Shown here: positions 19,801 to 27,339 of the stretch, piece by piece | How positions within the stretch are numbered: position 1 is the first letter of the stretch | How the letters are laid out: every line of letters starts with the position of its first letter | IMG/VR virus record: IMGVR_UViG_3300021376_000070 | Location: 1-56,371 of that record | Strand: one strand, 5' to 3' | Length of the DNA: 56,371 bases | Origin: a virus | Taxonomy: Duplodnaviria > Caudoviricetes | Program-made: the position numbers and the translations under genes | The notes under the pieces: model-generated | What the model saw: the letters and a program-made list of their open reading frames with translations, nothing else | What the model was told of the DNA's origin: nothing | Database searches by the model: none

Positions 19801-22800
19801 CCACCTGAGACATCTCAGACTGGACAGAAGGGATGACTTCCCCGGTGATGGTTTGAACACGATTGCGGATGCTCGATGAAAGCTCCTTCATCGCATTGGT
19901 TACCGGCAAAGCAGAAACCTTTGCCTTCATCAGATGGGAGTAGTCAGCAGCAGCACGCTCAAAAGCAAACTGTCTCAACTCCAGATCATTGAGATCCTTT
20001 TTCCAGCCTTTCTTACGATACTCCTCAAAGATCGTCTTGGCTTTTTGCGTGACCCACGATGCAGCCTGAACCTGTCTGGCTGGAACATTGAGTTTGGAGG
20101 CAAGCAGACGCACCATGTTCTCTGCCAGTTCATACTGGGCATCGGTAGGAGCGTCTTTGTCAAACAGCATACGGGTCATGTGCAGGTCAATCGTGGACCT
20201 GCCTGAGTCCTTGCCGTCCATAGCCTCCATCAGACTGGTGTAAAAAGTATTAGTCTTGCGACCATCCCAATCTTCACCAAAGTTCAACAGAGCCTCAATC
20301 TTCTTGTTCTCGTTTTCGGTTCCGACCTTGATGGGCTTGCCCTGTGCAAACTGGGTCCATGCCTTGGTTGTCTTAGTGAAGTTAGCAGCCACCTCGGTCT
20401 TGGCAGAGGTGATCGCAATGATCTGGAAGAATTTCTCTGCCAGTATGGGGTCACCATTGAATGCGTCAAGCACTGCCTTGGCAGACTGCTCGTACCATTT
20501 CCTGCCCTTTAGACCTTGGGCGGTGTAACTCTGGAGCTTCTCGACTGCCTGACGGACATTATCTAGCGTCTCACCCGACTTCATGCCGACGATCCTGTCC
20601 CCAATCTTTTTGATCAGGGCTTCAAGTTCGTCTTCTTGAAACTTTGCTTTCTCTACCGTTAACGGAGTCAGGTCGGAAGTCTTTTCAAACTTCTTGCTTT
20701 TCCGGGCGTATTTAGGCAACTGACCTTCCGGAGTGCCGATCTGGCTAATCAATGCGTCACGCTGGCTTTGCAGTTGTGCAATCTCAGCCATCAAACGCCG
20801 GTCTTCAGCCACCTGTTCCAATGTGAACTCGGGGGCGCTTTCCATAGCCCTAATTCGAGATTTGATCTCTGCTTCTAAACGGTCTACATCGTTCCAGCGC
20901 GGGTCGCGTTCTGCCTCTCGGCGAGCCGGTTCTGGACGCGCTTCGCCGCCCGGACGGATCGTTGTGCGACCCACCGTAGCGGGTTTTAAGCCACCAGCCT
21001 CAACGGTCTGAAAGACATCCTCTGCGGTTTGGAATCCAAGTCCCCTCATGCCGTTGCCAAAGGCTTGCATGAATTGCTTGATCTTGTTGAACAACGCCCC
21101 AATCAGACCGGCAGGAGCCTTGGTCTGGTCAAAATCAGAGAAGGCATCCGAGATGGCTTCCTCAAGCATTTCGTCTTGAGTCAGACCCATGCCCTTGTAG
21201 CGATTGGCAATGTCGTACTTGCTCATCCATTCAGAGCGAGCACGATCCTCAAGAGTCTTCCATTGCTGCGGTGTAAACGCTCCAAGCTCCTTCAGGGCAT
21301 GGATACCCTCATGCCGCAAAGTACGCATGGGGTTGTCTGCATCCATCGCAATAGCGATAAGTCTTTGCAGGTAGTAGCCATCTGCGCTCTTGCCATCTTT
21401 GGTTTTGATGGTACGCATGATGTTTAAACGCAGATCCTTGAGACCCAGCCTGTCCATCAGGGGGCGCAGCTTCTTCTCCAGTTCTGCCGCAGCCTTCTGG
21501 AACTCTGGTGTAAACACACCGGCTGCTGCCAGACGAGCCTCTGCCTCTGCCCGGGTTCCGGTGATCTCCACACCAAAGCCAGCCGGTTCTTCACCCCTGC
21601 GGCGACGAAGCTCTGCCTCTGCCATCTTGCCCAGCCGCTTGGGCATCAGCCCTTTTTGGGACGGAGCCAGCTTGACAATGTTTTGCAGCGTTTCATCAGG
21701 AAGACGGGCAATTGCAGCTTCCTCTGCCGCCTGCTGATTGGGAAAGGTGGCGACTGGCTGGTTCTGTTCAAACAGGGTAAAGCCCGTGCGGGTGACCGGC
21801 TTTTGTCCTTTGGCAGCAATTTCCAAAGGAGCGGTGTAGGACTGCACCTTCGCCTTGAGGGCATCAATCTCATTCTGAAGACGCTTGTTCTGAGCTGCTA
21901 CACCAGCGGCTATCTTTTTGTACTCAAGCGTATTGGCTTTGCCATCGGCTTCCATGCTTTCGAGCTTGCGCTGGCTTTTTTGCATGAGTTCATTCTTCTT
22001 GGCAATCTCACCCAGATAGCCGTTGGCTTTCTGCGCCCTGAGTTGCTGAAGACGATCTGCCTTGGCATCAGCCTCCTCTTGGGTAGCTGCGGTCTGGAGG
22101 ACGGCATCTGGGCTGCGGATTTCAAATCCAGCAGGAGCCACCCCCTCCTTGAAGGTTCCTTGCCTGATGTCCGGACCGCCCGGGAGTTGGGTGGCTTTGC
22201 CCGGAAGGGCAATGTCCTGATGGGTGCGCTCCCTGACCTCCAAACCAAGCCTCTGTGCGGCTTTTTCAGCCGCCTCACGGCTCGTATAGCGTCTGGCAGG
22301 GGGTGAGGTAGGGTCACCCGGAATTACAAGCTCATAGACCGTTCTATTGACCGTGGTGTAGTCCCCGGAACGGATGGCGGTCTGGAGGAGAGACTCCGCA
22401 TCCCGGTCAGTCTCAAGCCCTGTGTACTGCTTGATGGATTCAATAGCCTGATCCCGAGACATCATGTTGTTCTTGGGAATCTCAGATGCCAAGCCGGTCA
22501 TGGCTTTGTTGTACTGATCCTCGCTAAAGCGAGTGGCGTTCGTGCCCGGGGGCAGAATCTGCGTGGCTTCAGCAGGCGACAGACCATCGATGGCTTTAAA
22601 CGCAGAGAACAACTGCGGTTGGCTCATAGTCGTCAAATCTTCTGAGCCAGTGGTCCGGCGCAGGAAATCCAAGAACCCTACCGTCGAGGTATCAACCTTC
22701 TTCTCCTGTGCAATGTTCAGGACATCTTGGGAAGACAACTGAGTCCGTCCGTCATAGCCGGTCTTGAAGGCAAGGATGCGGTCCAGTTCCTGCTGCGGAG

Positions 22801-23974
22801 CGCCAGCATCAGCCAAGTCCTCAATCGAGAACTGATTCAGGGGCTTCTTGCCTTCCTGCTTGCGTACATCGTTGATGTACTTTAGATGCTCTGGGCTGAG
22901 TTCTTCAGATTTCACAAACCCTACGGGGTTCATCAGAGGATCTACTCTCTCCTCTGTTTCAATCTTCGGAGCAGGAGCAGGCAAGCCAAGAAGAGGAGTC
23001 TCAACCCCCAAATTCCTACGGGTCTCGGCAAACTGTCTTTCCTGCTCTAGTCTGGCTTTTTCTGCATCAGCAGCAGCTTGTCTCTGGCGCTCTTGTTCTT
23101 TGAGTTGTTCATACGCCTGAGTTCTCCTACCCCGGGTAGCCAACTCCAAAGCGCCCTGAGCGATTGTGCCGACCGTTGCACCCAACGCAGCATCACCCAA
23201 AGCCGACTGTCCAATGGGCAGATTGGGGTCATAAACACCCCGCTGGATCAAATCCTGAAGGATAGTGGCAGTGCCCTCCTGAACACCCTCAATGCCTCCA
23301 GTGATAGCCATGCGCTGAACACTGTTGGCAAGACCCGGAGCAATCCGAGCAGCATCATCGGGCTTGATGCCACGAAACAACGCCCTCAGAGGTCCAGCCA
23401 GACGCTCAACCGGGGCAAGCTCAGTCAAGCCAACACCAGCACCACCCGTCTGAGCAAGAAGCTGTTGCTGGGCAGAAACATCTTTACCCTCAAGCCTTGC
23501 TTGTTCTGTTCTGGCACGAGCCTCCTCAGAACCAAGACCCATTGACTGTGCCCCCAAGGTCAACGCTTTGATGCCTCCCTTGAGCAAAGCACCGGGAATA
23601 AAGGATGCCAGAGATCCAAGACCACCAGCTACTTGGGTAATCGCTCCTTCATCTTTGGGAGCCAGATAGGTCTGAGCCTGACTTAACCCCCTGCCGAAGG
23701 CAGTCTGCTCAAAGGGAGCAAGTTCTGCTCCAGCAGCCCTAGCTCCGGTATATCCAAGAGACGCAATACCAGAGAGGGGGTCAACCGTGATGCCACGGGT
23801 AAAACCCTTGATGATTTCCCCGGGCGCTCCAATCAGTTGCTGAACAATGCCCGGAGGAGCCGGGAATGCATCAGGCATCTTCCGCCTGATATTGTCAAGG
23901 GCTTGACTTCTGGGTACATCATCGGGAATGCCGTTGACAACAAATCCGTTCGGCAGCGTCAAAGAGTAAGGCAT
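13823..23974 (-). CDS. giant polyvalent ejection protein (metallopeptidase, glycosylase-like, ADP-ribosyltransferase-like modules, LPD38-like C-terminus)
   Basis: 3383 aa; HEGIH; two FKxWFG.S..VD...P.V.YH units; NFNRTG...FFNASVQG...IPMPLGY...NKDFTGKPI; last gene of the virion operon. Confidence 0.8.
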   Translation of the reverse strand: MPYSLTLPNGFVVNGIPDDVPRSQALDNIRRKMPDAFPAPPGIVQQLIGAPGEIIKGFTRGITVDPLSGIASLGYTGARAAGAELAPFEQTAFGRGLSQAQTYLAPKDEGAITQVAGGLGSLASFIPGALLKGGIKALTLGAQSMGLGSEEARARTEQARLEGKDVSAQQQLLAQTGGAGVGLTELAPVERLAGPLRALFRGIKPDDAARIAPGLANSVQRMAITGGIEGVQEGTATILQDLIQRGVYDPNLPIGQSALGDAALGATVGTIAQGALELATRGRRTQAYEQLKEQERQRQAAADAEKARLEQERQFAETRRNLGVETPLLGLPAPAPKIETEERVDPLMNPVGFVKSEELSPEHLKYINDVRKQEGKKPLNQFSIEDLADAGAPQQELDRILAFKTGYDGRTQLSSQDVLNIAQEKKVDTSTVGFLDFLRRTTGSEDLTTMSQPQLFSAFKAIDGLSPAEATQILPPGTNATRFSEDQYNKAMTGLASEIPKNNMMSRDQAIESIKQYTGLETDRDAESLLQTAIRSGDYTTVNRTVYELVIPGDPTSPPARRYTSREAAEKAAQRLGLEVRERTHQDIALPGKATQLPGGPDIRQGTFKEGVAPAGFEIRSPDAVLQTAATQEEADAKADRLQQLRAQKANGYLGEIAKKNELMQKSQRKLESMEADGKANTLEYKKIAAGVAAQNKRLQNEIDALKAKVQSYTAPLEIAAKGQKPVTRTGFTLFEQNQPVATFPNQQAAEEAAIARLPDETLQNIVKLAPSQKGLMPKRLGKMAEAELRRRRGEEPAGFGVEITGTRAEAEARLAAAGVFTPEFQKAAAELEKKLRPLMDRLGLKDLRLNIMRTIKTKDGKSADGYYLQRLIAIAMDADNPMRTLRHEGIHALKELGAFTPQQWKTLEDRARSEWMSKYDIANRYKGMGLTQDEMLEEAISDAFSDFDQTKAPAGLIGALFNKIKQFMQAFGNGMRGLGFQTAEDVFQTVEAGGLKPATVGRTTIRPGGEARPEPARREAERDPRWNDVDRLEAEIKSRIRAMESAPEFTLEQVAEDRRLMAEIAQLQSQRDALISQIGTPEGQLPKYARKSKKFEKTSDLTPLTVEKAKFQEDELEALIKKIGDRIVGMKSGETLDNVRQAVEKLQSYTAQGLKGRKWYEQSAKAVLDAFNGDPILAEKFFQIIAITSAKTEVAANFTKTTKAWTQFAQGKPIKVGTENENKKIEALLNFGEDWDGRKTNTFYTSLMEAMDGKDSGRSTIDLHMTRMLFDKDAPTDAQYELAENMVRLLASKLNVPARQVQAASWVTQKAKTIFEEYRKKGWKKDLNDLELRQFAFERAAADYSHLMKAKVSALPVTNAMKELSSSIRNRVQTITGEVIPSVQSEMSQVEEIEFDAKDKLTKTIAKQNFIPNIAEALNLTSKVRVTVGSGAYQSKVNPNLIVQLVNPDPDLLKKEALDLANAMSYVFKQDATPFFRADPALVDTGQLGFRLRFDTKALTPAQQRKILNLLNGKFGADAGFTRVRGNEIVLINFRGEDGQPFLTSDTEFVNGLSELRPQIENIAKLEEVTGFGAESEYPYHDWKSDPVGTGIVQGIYSRGPQRPDLQGRLDNIRESFTERARDAVADTGRDPKFSLKSTEPVVRPSTEGDGISLGERQPGAMTFDGVHYSNTADIPTLFGRRYGSGIRGAEAKRLQYADPRIKNRVYFYIPRENGVMPIPEAGLGGHVYIQRLNNMLGPGPEMSRINREAMGDPNNFESGVVDAGYDGYAVPSMGMMVVLNNDVPVEYRGTRDQIRQKPVEESVQIGDRRYALRQTDTPEFKRWFGDSKVVDEDSKPQVVYHATKNFEGNIFKPSKKVNRVGNPDGYYFTHDIEDANIYAGEEEGSQIIPVYLSIKKPYIYGKNPHNSVMAKEFEKELRADNPRLGDDWIQEKVDVFKEGRFPNIDFPTAAMTRVIKAGGYDGMKDGRDWVAFEPEQIKSAIGNIGTFDVTSPDIRYALRQTQAPEFKKWFGKSTIVDDEGKPKVMYHGTARDITEFRPKQANAIFVTDRPRFAEGFADMSMDYIVRERFNELPDQDKDKVIKSALRLARQNGLITPADAKFAYQTAMTGGNMNRYGIDPQIAQFMQPYMETGQNIMPVFVRAENPFDFEDAEQIQALVQKLNEPKYNRFLKPTEQKYGDRNAEFLESGSWKTIEAERVQDAIKSLGHDGFYVMEGGLKNLAVYEPNQVKSAIGNIGTFARDNNDIRYAVSLKNLDPDSPIVPTEGGNPDGSMGVMPERVNGKPIRMLIGMHNDLIPERDNEKLSKPVSFGANHILNRVLNDPKRMPGGAEELLEKIARTAQRTAQNYNAIYKDGNKFILYDGKNSLVVSPGKDEMSIVTMYTQENPSRRYGNPVWVGRAPKVAEFLTPLRGIEVIAEGERVGRKPVPVQTKRVYTPSNILESAAQTVETPREPRGKLTLKKPQYSLRTVQPVDIESAQNIPQGAFDVEPTATRDNLIYLLQDKQIDLKRVIEGIRQTGRDISDRWNAYLKEELFHGRSAARVKQFTDVELQPLLRKMDSAQVSLDEMDQYLLARHAKEANDYIRSINPDPAANAGMTDQQADDYMKSLPAPRKAALERLAKEVDDITKKTRDLMVDYGLEKPETIDTWEKTYKHYVPLFREETEGSPISIGRGYNIRGRTVGQRMGSSKKVVDVLSNIAMQRERTIVRGEKNRVGNALYGLVLQNPNKGFWAVINPEKTNKTVLTRELIDLGIDPDMVENLVSRPTRKVIDKKTGLVTQQVSPMWKNAGNIFITRINGEDRIIGFNLNDERAMRMVSTLKNLDAQQQGEAIRMMGTAGDYYRKTIEGVGKGTRFFASVNTQYNPAFGIYNLMRDIGGAALNLQNTPLKGNERKVIADAFTAIKAVYRDLRRKRNGLDADSKWAEIFEDFELQGGKTGYRDMFENAEDRAQQLQKDIQNFGKGGPKKAGKALLDWLSDFNDAIENAVRVSVYKNAMDQGISKERAASLAKNITVNFNRTGAVSRNFQTLFAFFNASVQGTARIAQTLLTSDGKLSTVGKRIVMGGLSLGVIQAVLLAMAGLDEDEVPDFIKDKSFVIPTGDGKYLAIPMPLGYNIIPGFGRRVMEFAMSDDKNIGKAVVNTAQMIIDGFNPLGSATFVQTLTPTVLDPIVALAENKDFTGKPIAREDINSMSPTPGYTRGSQNSFAVTQGLAYAINLLSGGSEFKKGVISPTPDQIEYLIGEVFGGVGREAMKIARGVEAAATGEELATYNIPIAGRLIGNVQQKAAQTTRFYENIKRLNEHQAEIEGRMLKGEDISEYINQNPEASMYQVGDKIYSKISKLRQVKKALQESGAERDSIRNIDDAMLNLMTSLNQLYGEARQ

Positions 23975-23977
23975 TTT

Positions 23978-25870
23978 TTACTTTGAACCTATTAGGTCTG
24001 CATAAGAAGCGCTGGTCGGATCGGGAGGACCAACTGAAATGGCACCTGTTGATCTCATAGAAGCAATAGCTCGCTGGATATTCTCTTCTGTGATGGGGAG
24101 GTTACGCTTTTTCAGCGCAGCTTCAGCAATGCCTCTTAGAGCCAGAATATCCTCTGCCGTCATTGGTTTGGCGGCAGGTTTTTTACCGCCAGCCCGTAAG
24201 TAATCTTGATATGCCTTAGAAGATCCAGCAGCAGCAGTCTGTGCGGCTGCTTGAGCCTGTGCCAATGCTATCTCTCCGGGCAGTTTCTGCATAGCCATTT
24301 GTGCACGCACAGCGTCCAAACCGGCTGCGTGTTCCGCTCTCTTGCCTTCTTGTTCCAACCGGAGTCTGTTCAATTCAGAATCACGAGCGCGAGCCAACAT
24401 CGCACTGTTGGTATTGGCAAGATCCATTGCTCGCTGATACCTTGATATGGCATCTTGCTGCGCCTTGTCACCAGCAGCCACCTTGTTCTGGTCGTACAGA
24501 GATTGAGCATTGGCGAAGGACACCCGAGATTGCAGAAGATTTCTTTCAGACTCCCGAATATCTTTCAAGCCTTGCCGGTAAGCGTTTAAACCAGTAGTGC
24601 CAGCTTCGCCCGCAGCCTGCAAGAAGCGGGGCGACTTGGAACCCATGATGCCAAGACCCGTCTGGATCAGGGCTTCATTGATATTGGAGCCACGCCGACC
24701 AGCCAAGTCTTGCTGTTGTTTGGCAATGTCTTGCTCCAAGAAACCCAGCCTGAACGGGGCTTCTGTTTGATAGCGGTTTATGCCCTTAGCGCGTTCTGCC
24801 GCCAACTCGTCTAAAGTGGGTTCTCTTAGATTCAAACGCGCATCGGTTGCTTTTGCCAAAGCCGCGTCATACAAAGTGTTAGTAGAACCAGCTTGGAAGA
24901 GCGCTGGCATGGTTAAAGGGGGAGTAACAGTTGCGGCAGGAGCGGCAGGTGGCGCTGGTCGACGTGCAGCAGGTGCAGGTGCAGGTGCAGGTGCAGGAGC
25001 ACGAGCGGGAGCGGCAGGTGCAGTCCCCACCGTCGTAGGAGAGGTCAAAGCCTGTTGAGCCGCCAACAATTCATTCTGAGCGGCTTGGAAACCTGCGGGG
25101 TCTTGTTGGCGCTGACGCAAACCAAAAGTCCGTAGACGGTCTTGTGCAGCGTTTACACGCTCTTGGAGAGCGGCATTGAGTACTCGTTGCTCATCAACAC
25201 TAGCAGCGCCCATGTTGAGGTAATCCTCTTGGAAACCTCGACCCAAAGCACCAGCTGGACCCAAGCGTTCTTGAGAATTTTGTTGAACAGGATTTCTATT
25301 GCGAAAAGAATTAACTATCTCAGAACCTCCCAACACGGCAGCGGTCAACGCTCCTGTCAAACCAAAAAATGGACTTGGAGACGCAGTTGGGAAAACAGTA
25401 AGAATGCGGCGTTTTTGCTCGGTGGTAAGTGGAGTTTCTACCAAACCTTCGTTTTGAAATCTCGGAATATCCCCGCCTTGTTTAAACGCAACCATGCCCC
25501 CTGCCGCCATGCGTTGGGGTTCCATGCCTTGAGGTTGTGCTCCCATAATATCTTGAGCAGCTAAAGCCTGAGAGGCTTCTGGCATTGCCATGATTCCTGA
25601 AGGAGCGTTTGATACTAGTCGAGGAGGAGCCATTTGCTGCTGGGTTGCAGCCATAGCTCTTATCATGTCTTCCCGGCTGGGTTGTGCCAAATCTTGCGCT
25701 ACGGTCGTGGTCGGAGACTGCTTGTTTGCCTGATCACGCATACGCTTGCGCCGAGACAGTTCTGTCACCACCAAATAGGAAGGATACGCCCCGCTAGGGG
25801 CTTGCACTTCCTTCATCAGCAACTGATCAGGAACATCCTTGAGTTGCTCAGAAAGTTCAATGAGATTCAT
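23978..25870 (-). CDS. internal virion/ejection protein
   Basis: 630 aa, A/Q-rich helical, (AP)n linker near 24960-25020; position in operon. Confidence 0.6.
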   Translation of the reverse strand: MNLIELSEQLKDVPDQLLMKEVQAPSGAYPSYLVVTELSRRKRMRDQANKQSPTTTVAQDLAQPSREDMIRAMAATQQQMAPPRLVSNAPSGIMAMPEASQALAAQDIMGAQPQGMEPQRMAAGGMVAFKQGGDIPRFQNEGLVETPLTTEQKRRILTVFPTASPSPFFGLTGALTAAVLGGSEIVNSFRNRNPVQQNSQERLGPAGALGRGFQEDYLNMGAASVDEQRVLNAALQERVNAAQDRLRTFGLRQRQQDPAGFQAAQNELLAAQQALTSPTTVGTAPAAPARAPAPAPAPAPAARRPAPPAAPAATVTPPLTMPALFQAGSTNTLYDAALAKATDARLNLREPTLDELAAERAKGINRYQTEAPFRLGFLEQDIAKQQQDLAGRRGSNINEALIQTGLGIMGSKSPRFLQAAGEAGTTGLNAYRQGLKDIRESERNLLQSRVSFANAQSLYDQNKVAAGDKAQQDAISRYQRAMDLANTNSAMLARARDSELNRLRLEQEGKRAEHAAGLDAVRAQMAMQKLPGEIALAQAQAAAQTAAAGSSKAYQDYLRAGGKKPAAKPMTAEDILALRGIAEAALKKRNLPITEENIQRAIASMRSTGAISVGPPDPTSASYADLIGSK

Positions 25871-25879
25871 ACCTGTCCC

Positions 25880-26878
25880 TTAACTCTTCATGAACTCACG
25901 GTAGATACCAAGACCCAACAGACCCGGACCCACAATCTGCGACAGACCACTTGGAGGCTGTTCGTACACCGTCTTGCCACCAGTCCCCGCAAGGTTTGCA
26001 GAGCCACGCAGCAGGTCTGACATGAAGCCAAGCTGTTTATACGGGTACTGCTGCTGGGCAAGGAAGTCCTGATACGCCATGTCCAAGGCTTTCTGACGCT
26101 CTCCAGACTCCAGAGATCCAAACGCCTCTTGAGCTTTTGCCAGATCAAGCTCTGCTTGCTGCTGCGCGGTGCCCAGTTGACCCAGAGCCTGAGCGCCCTG
26201 AATACCAAGACCAGCCCCACGCAGACCAGCTTCAGTGCCAAACTGCATATTCCTCAAGGCTTGCTCATAAGCAGACTGAGTGCCCTTGGCTTGAATATCT
26301 GCCAGTTGACCGCCCAAGGCTCGTTCTCTTTCGGTGGTTGCCAGCAATTGCCGAGCACCGCCGTAGGTGCCTTGGCGAGCAGCGCCCAGATTGGCTCCCA
26401 GTTGAGCCTTTTGTGCGTCCCGAATAGCAGCGGCTTTCTGCAACTCCACCACATTCTGCATATAAGGGGACATGAAGGCTTGGGTGACATTCGGATCAGT
26501 GACCCCTTTGAAATACCTATCTCCTGCCCCCAGAGCGCCTATGCCGCCCGCGCCAGCCATGCCGGTGGCAACATCAAACTGACCGGGAGCCTCCATGCCT
26601 GCTACATCAGAGCGAGCCTGCAACTGTGTTTGACTGGGACCGGCAATCCTCTCCCCGCCGTAGGTCTGGTATGGGGTTTCGGTCAAGGCTTCGGTCTTAC
26701 CCAGTAGCCTTTCCATGTATGGCTGGGCGTACTCAGGGATGGTCACTGTAGAGGTCTGGGTGGGCTGCGCTGGCGCAGAGCCACCGCCACCATAGATACG
26801 CCCTCCGGGCTTGAGACGAGTGACAGATTCACCCAGCGGTTCGCCAAGAGCTTCCAGTTGTCTGCGCGAGTAGTTCAT
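25880..26878 (-). CDS. internal virion/DNA pilot-like protein
   Basis: MNYSRRQLEALGE...GGGG; A/G/Q-rich; SD GAGG before ATG 26878. Confidence 0.6.
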   Translation of the reverse strand: MNYSRRQLEALGEPLGESVTRLKPGGRIYGGGGSAPAQPTQTSTVTIPEYAQPYMERLLGKTEALTETPYQTYGGERIAGPSQTQLQARSDVAGMEAPGQFDVATGMAGAGGIGALGAGDRYFKGVTDPNVTQAFMSPYMQNVVELQKAAAIRDAQKAQLGANLGAARQGTYGGARQLLATTERERALGGQLADIQAKGTQSAYEQALRNMQFGTEAGLRGAGLGIQGAQALGQLGTAQQQAELDLAKAQEAFGSLESGERQKALDMAYQDFLAQQQYPYKQLGFMSDLLRGSANLAGTGGKTVYEQPPSGLSQIVGPGLLGLGIYREFMKS

Positions 26879-26886
26879 TTTGACCT

Positions 26887-27339
26887 CTACAAGATTTTGG
26901 TGAACAGCTTGTCTGTCCACTTGTACCCCAAGTATTCAAAGAGTTTGGCATGATCCAGATGGACCTTTGTGTGCATGATGATTCTTTGCACCCCAATACC
27001 CTTTAATACCTGCTCTGCATACTGAAACAATCTAATCCCAATCCTTCCCTTGCGATATTCTTTTCGGATGAAATAAATATCCTCAAAAGCAGTCTTGCAA
27101 GTGCGGTAATGCAGATGGGGCTGAATGATGAATATGGCATATCCAATCACTTCCTCATCTGCTTTGACCGTTATACACCTCAACATTCCTGCCTGAGCCA
27201 GCCTTTTATATGCATCATAGTCCGGAGCAAGCGGGAAATCCTTTGTTACACACAGTTCCTCATAATGCAGAGGAAACAATCTTTCCAGTTCCTCAATAAA
27301 CGCAAACGGATCACAGTCTGCGTAAACGAGGGTCGTCAT
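26887..27339 (-). CDS. GNAT acetyltransferase
   Basis: IYFIRKEYRKGRIGIRL (motif A), LFEYLGY. Confidence 0.8.
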   Translation of the reverse strand: MTTLVYADCDPFAFIEELERLFPLHYEELCVTKDFPLAPDYDAYKRLAQAGMLRCITVKADEEVIGYAIFIIQPHLHYRTCKTAFEDIYFIRKEYRKGRIGIRLFQYAEQVLKGIGVQRIIMHTKVHLDHAKLFEYLGYKWTDKLFTKIL

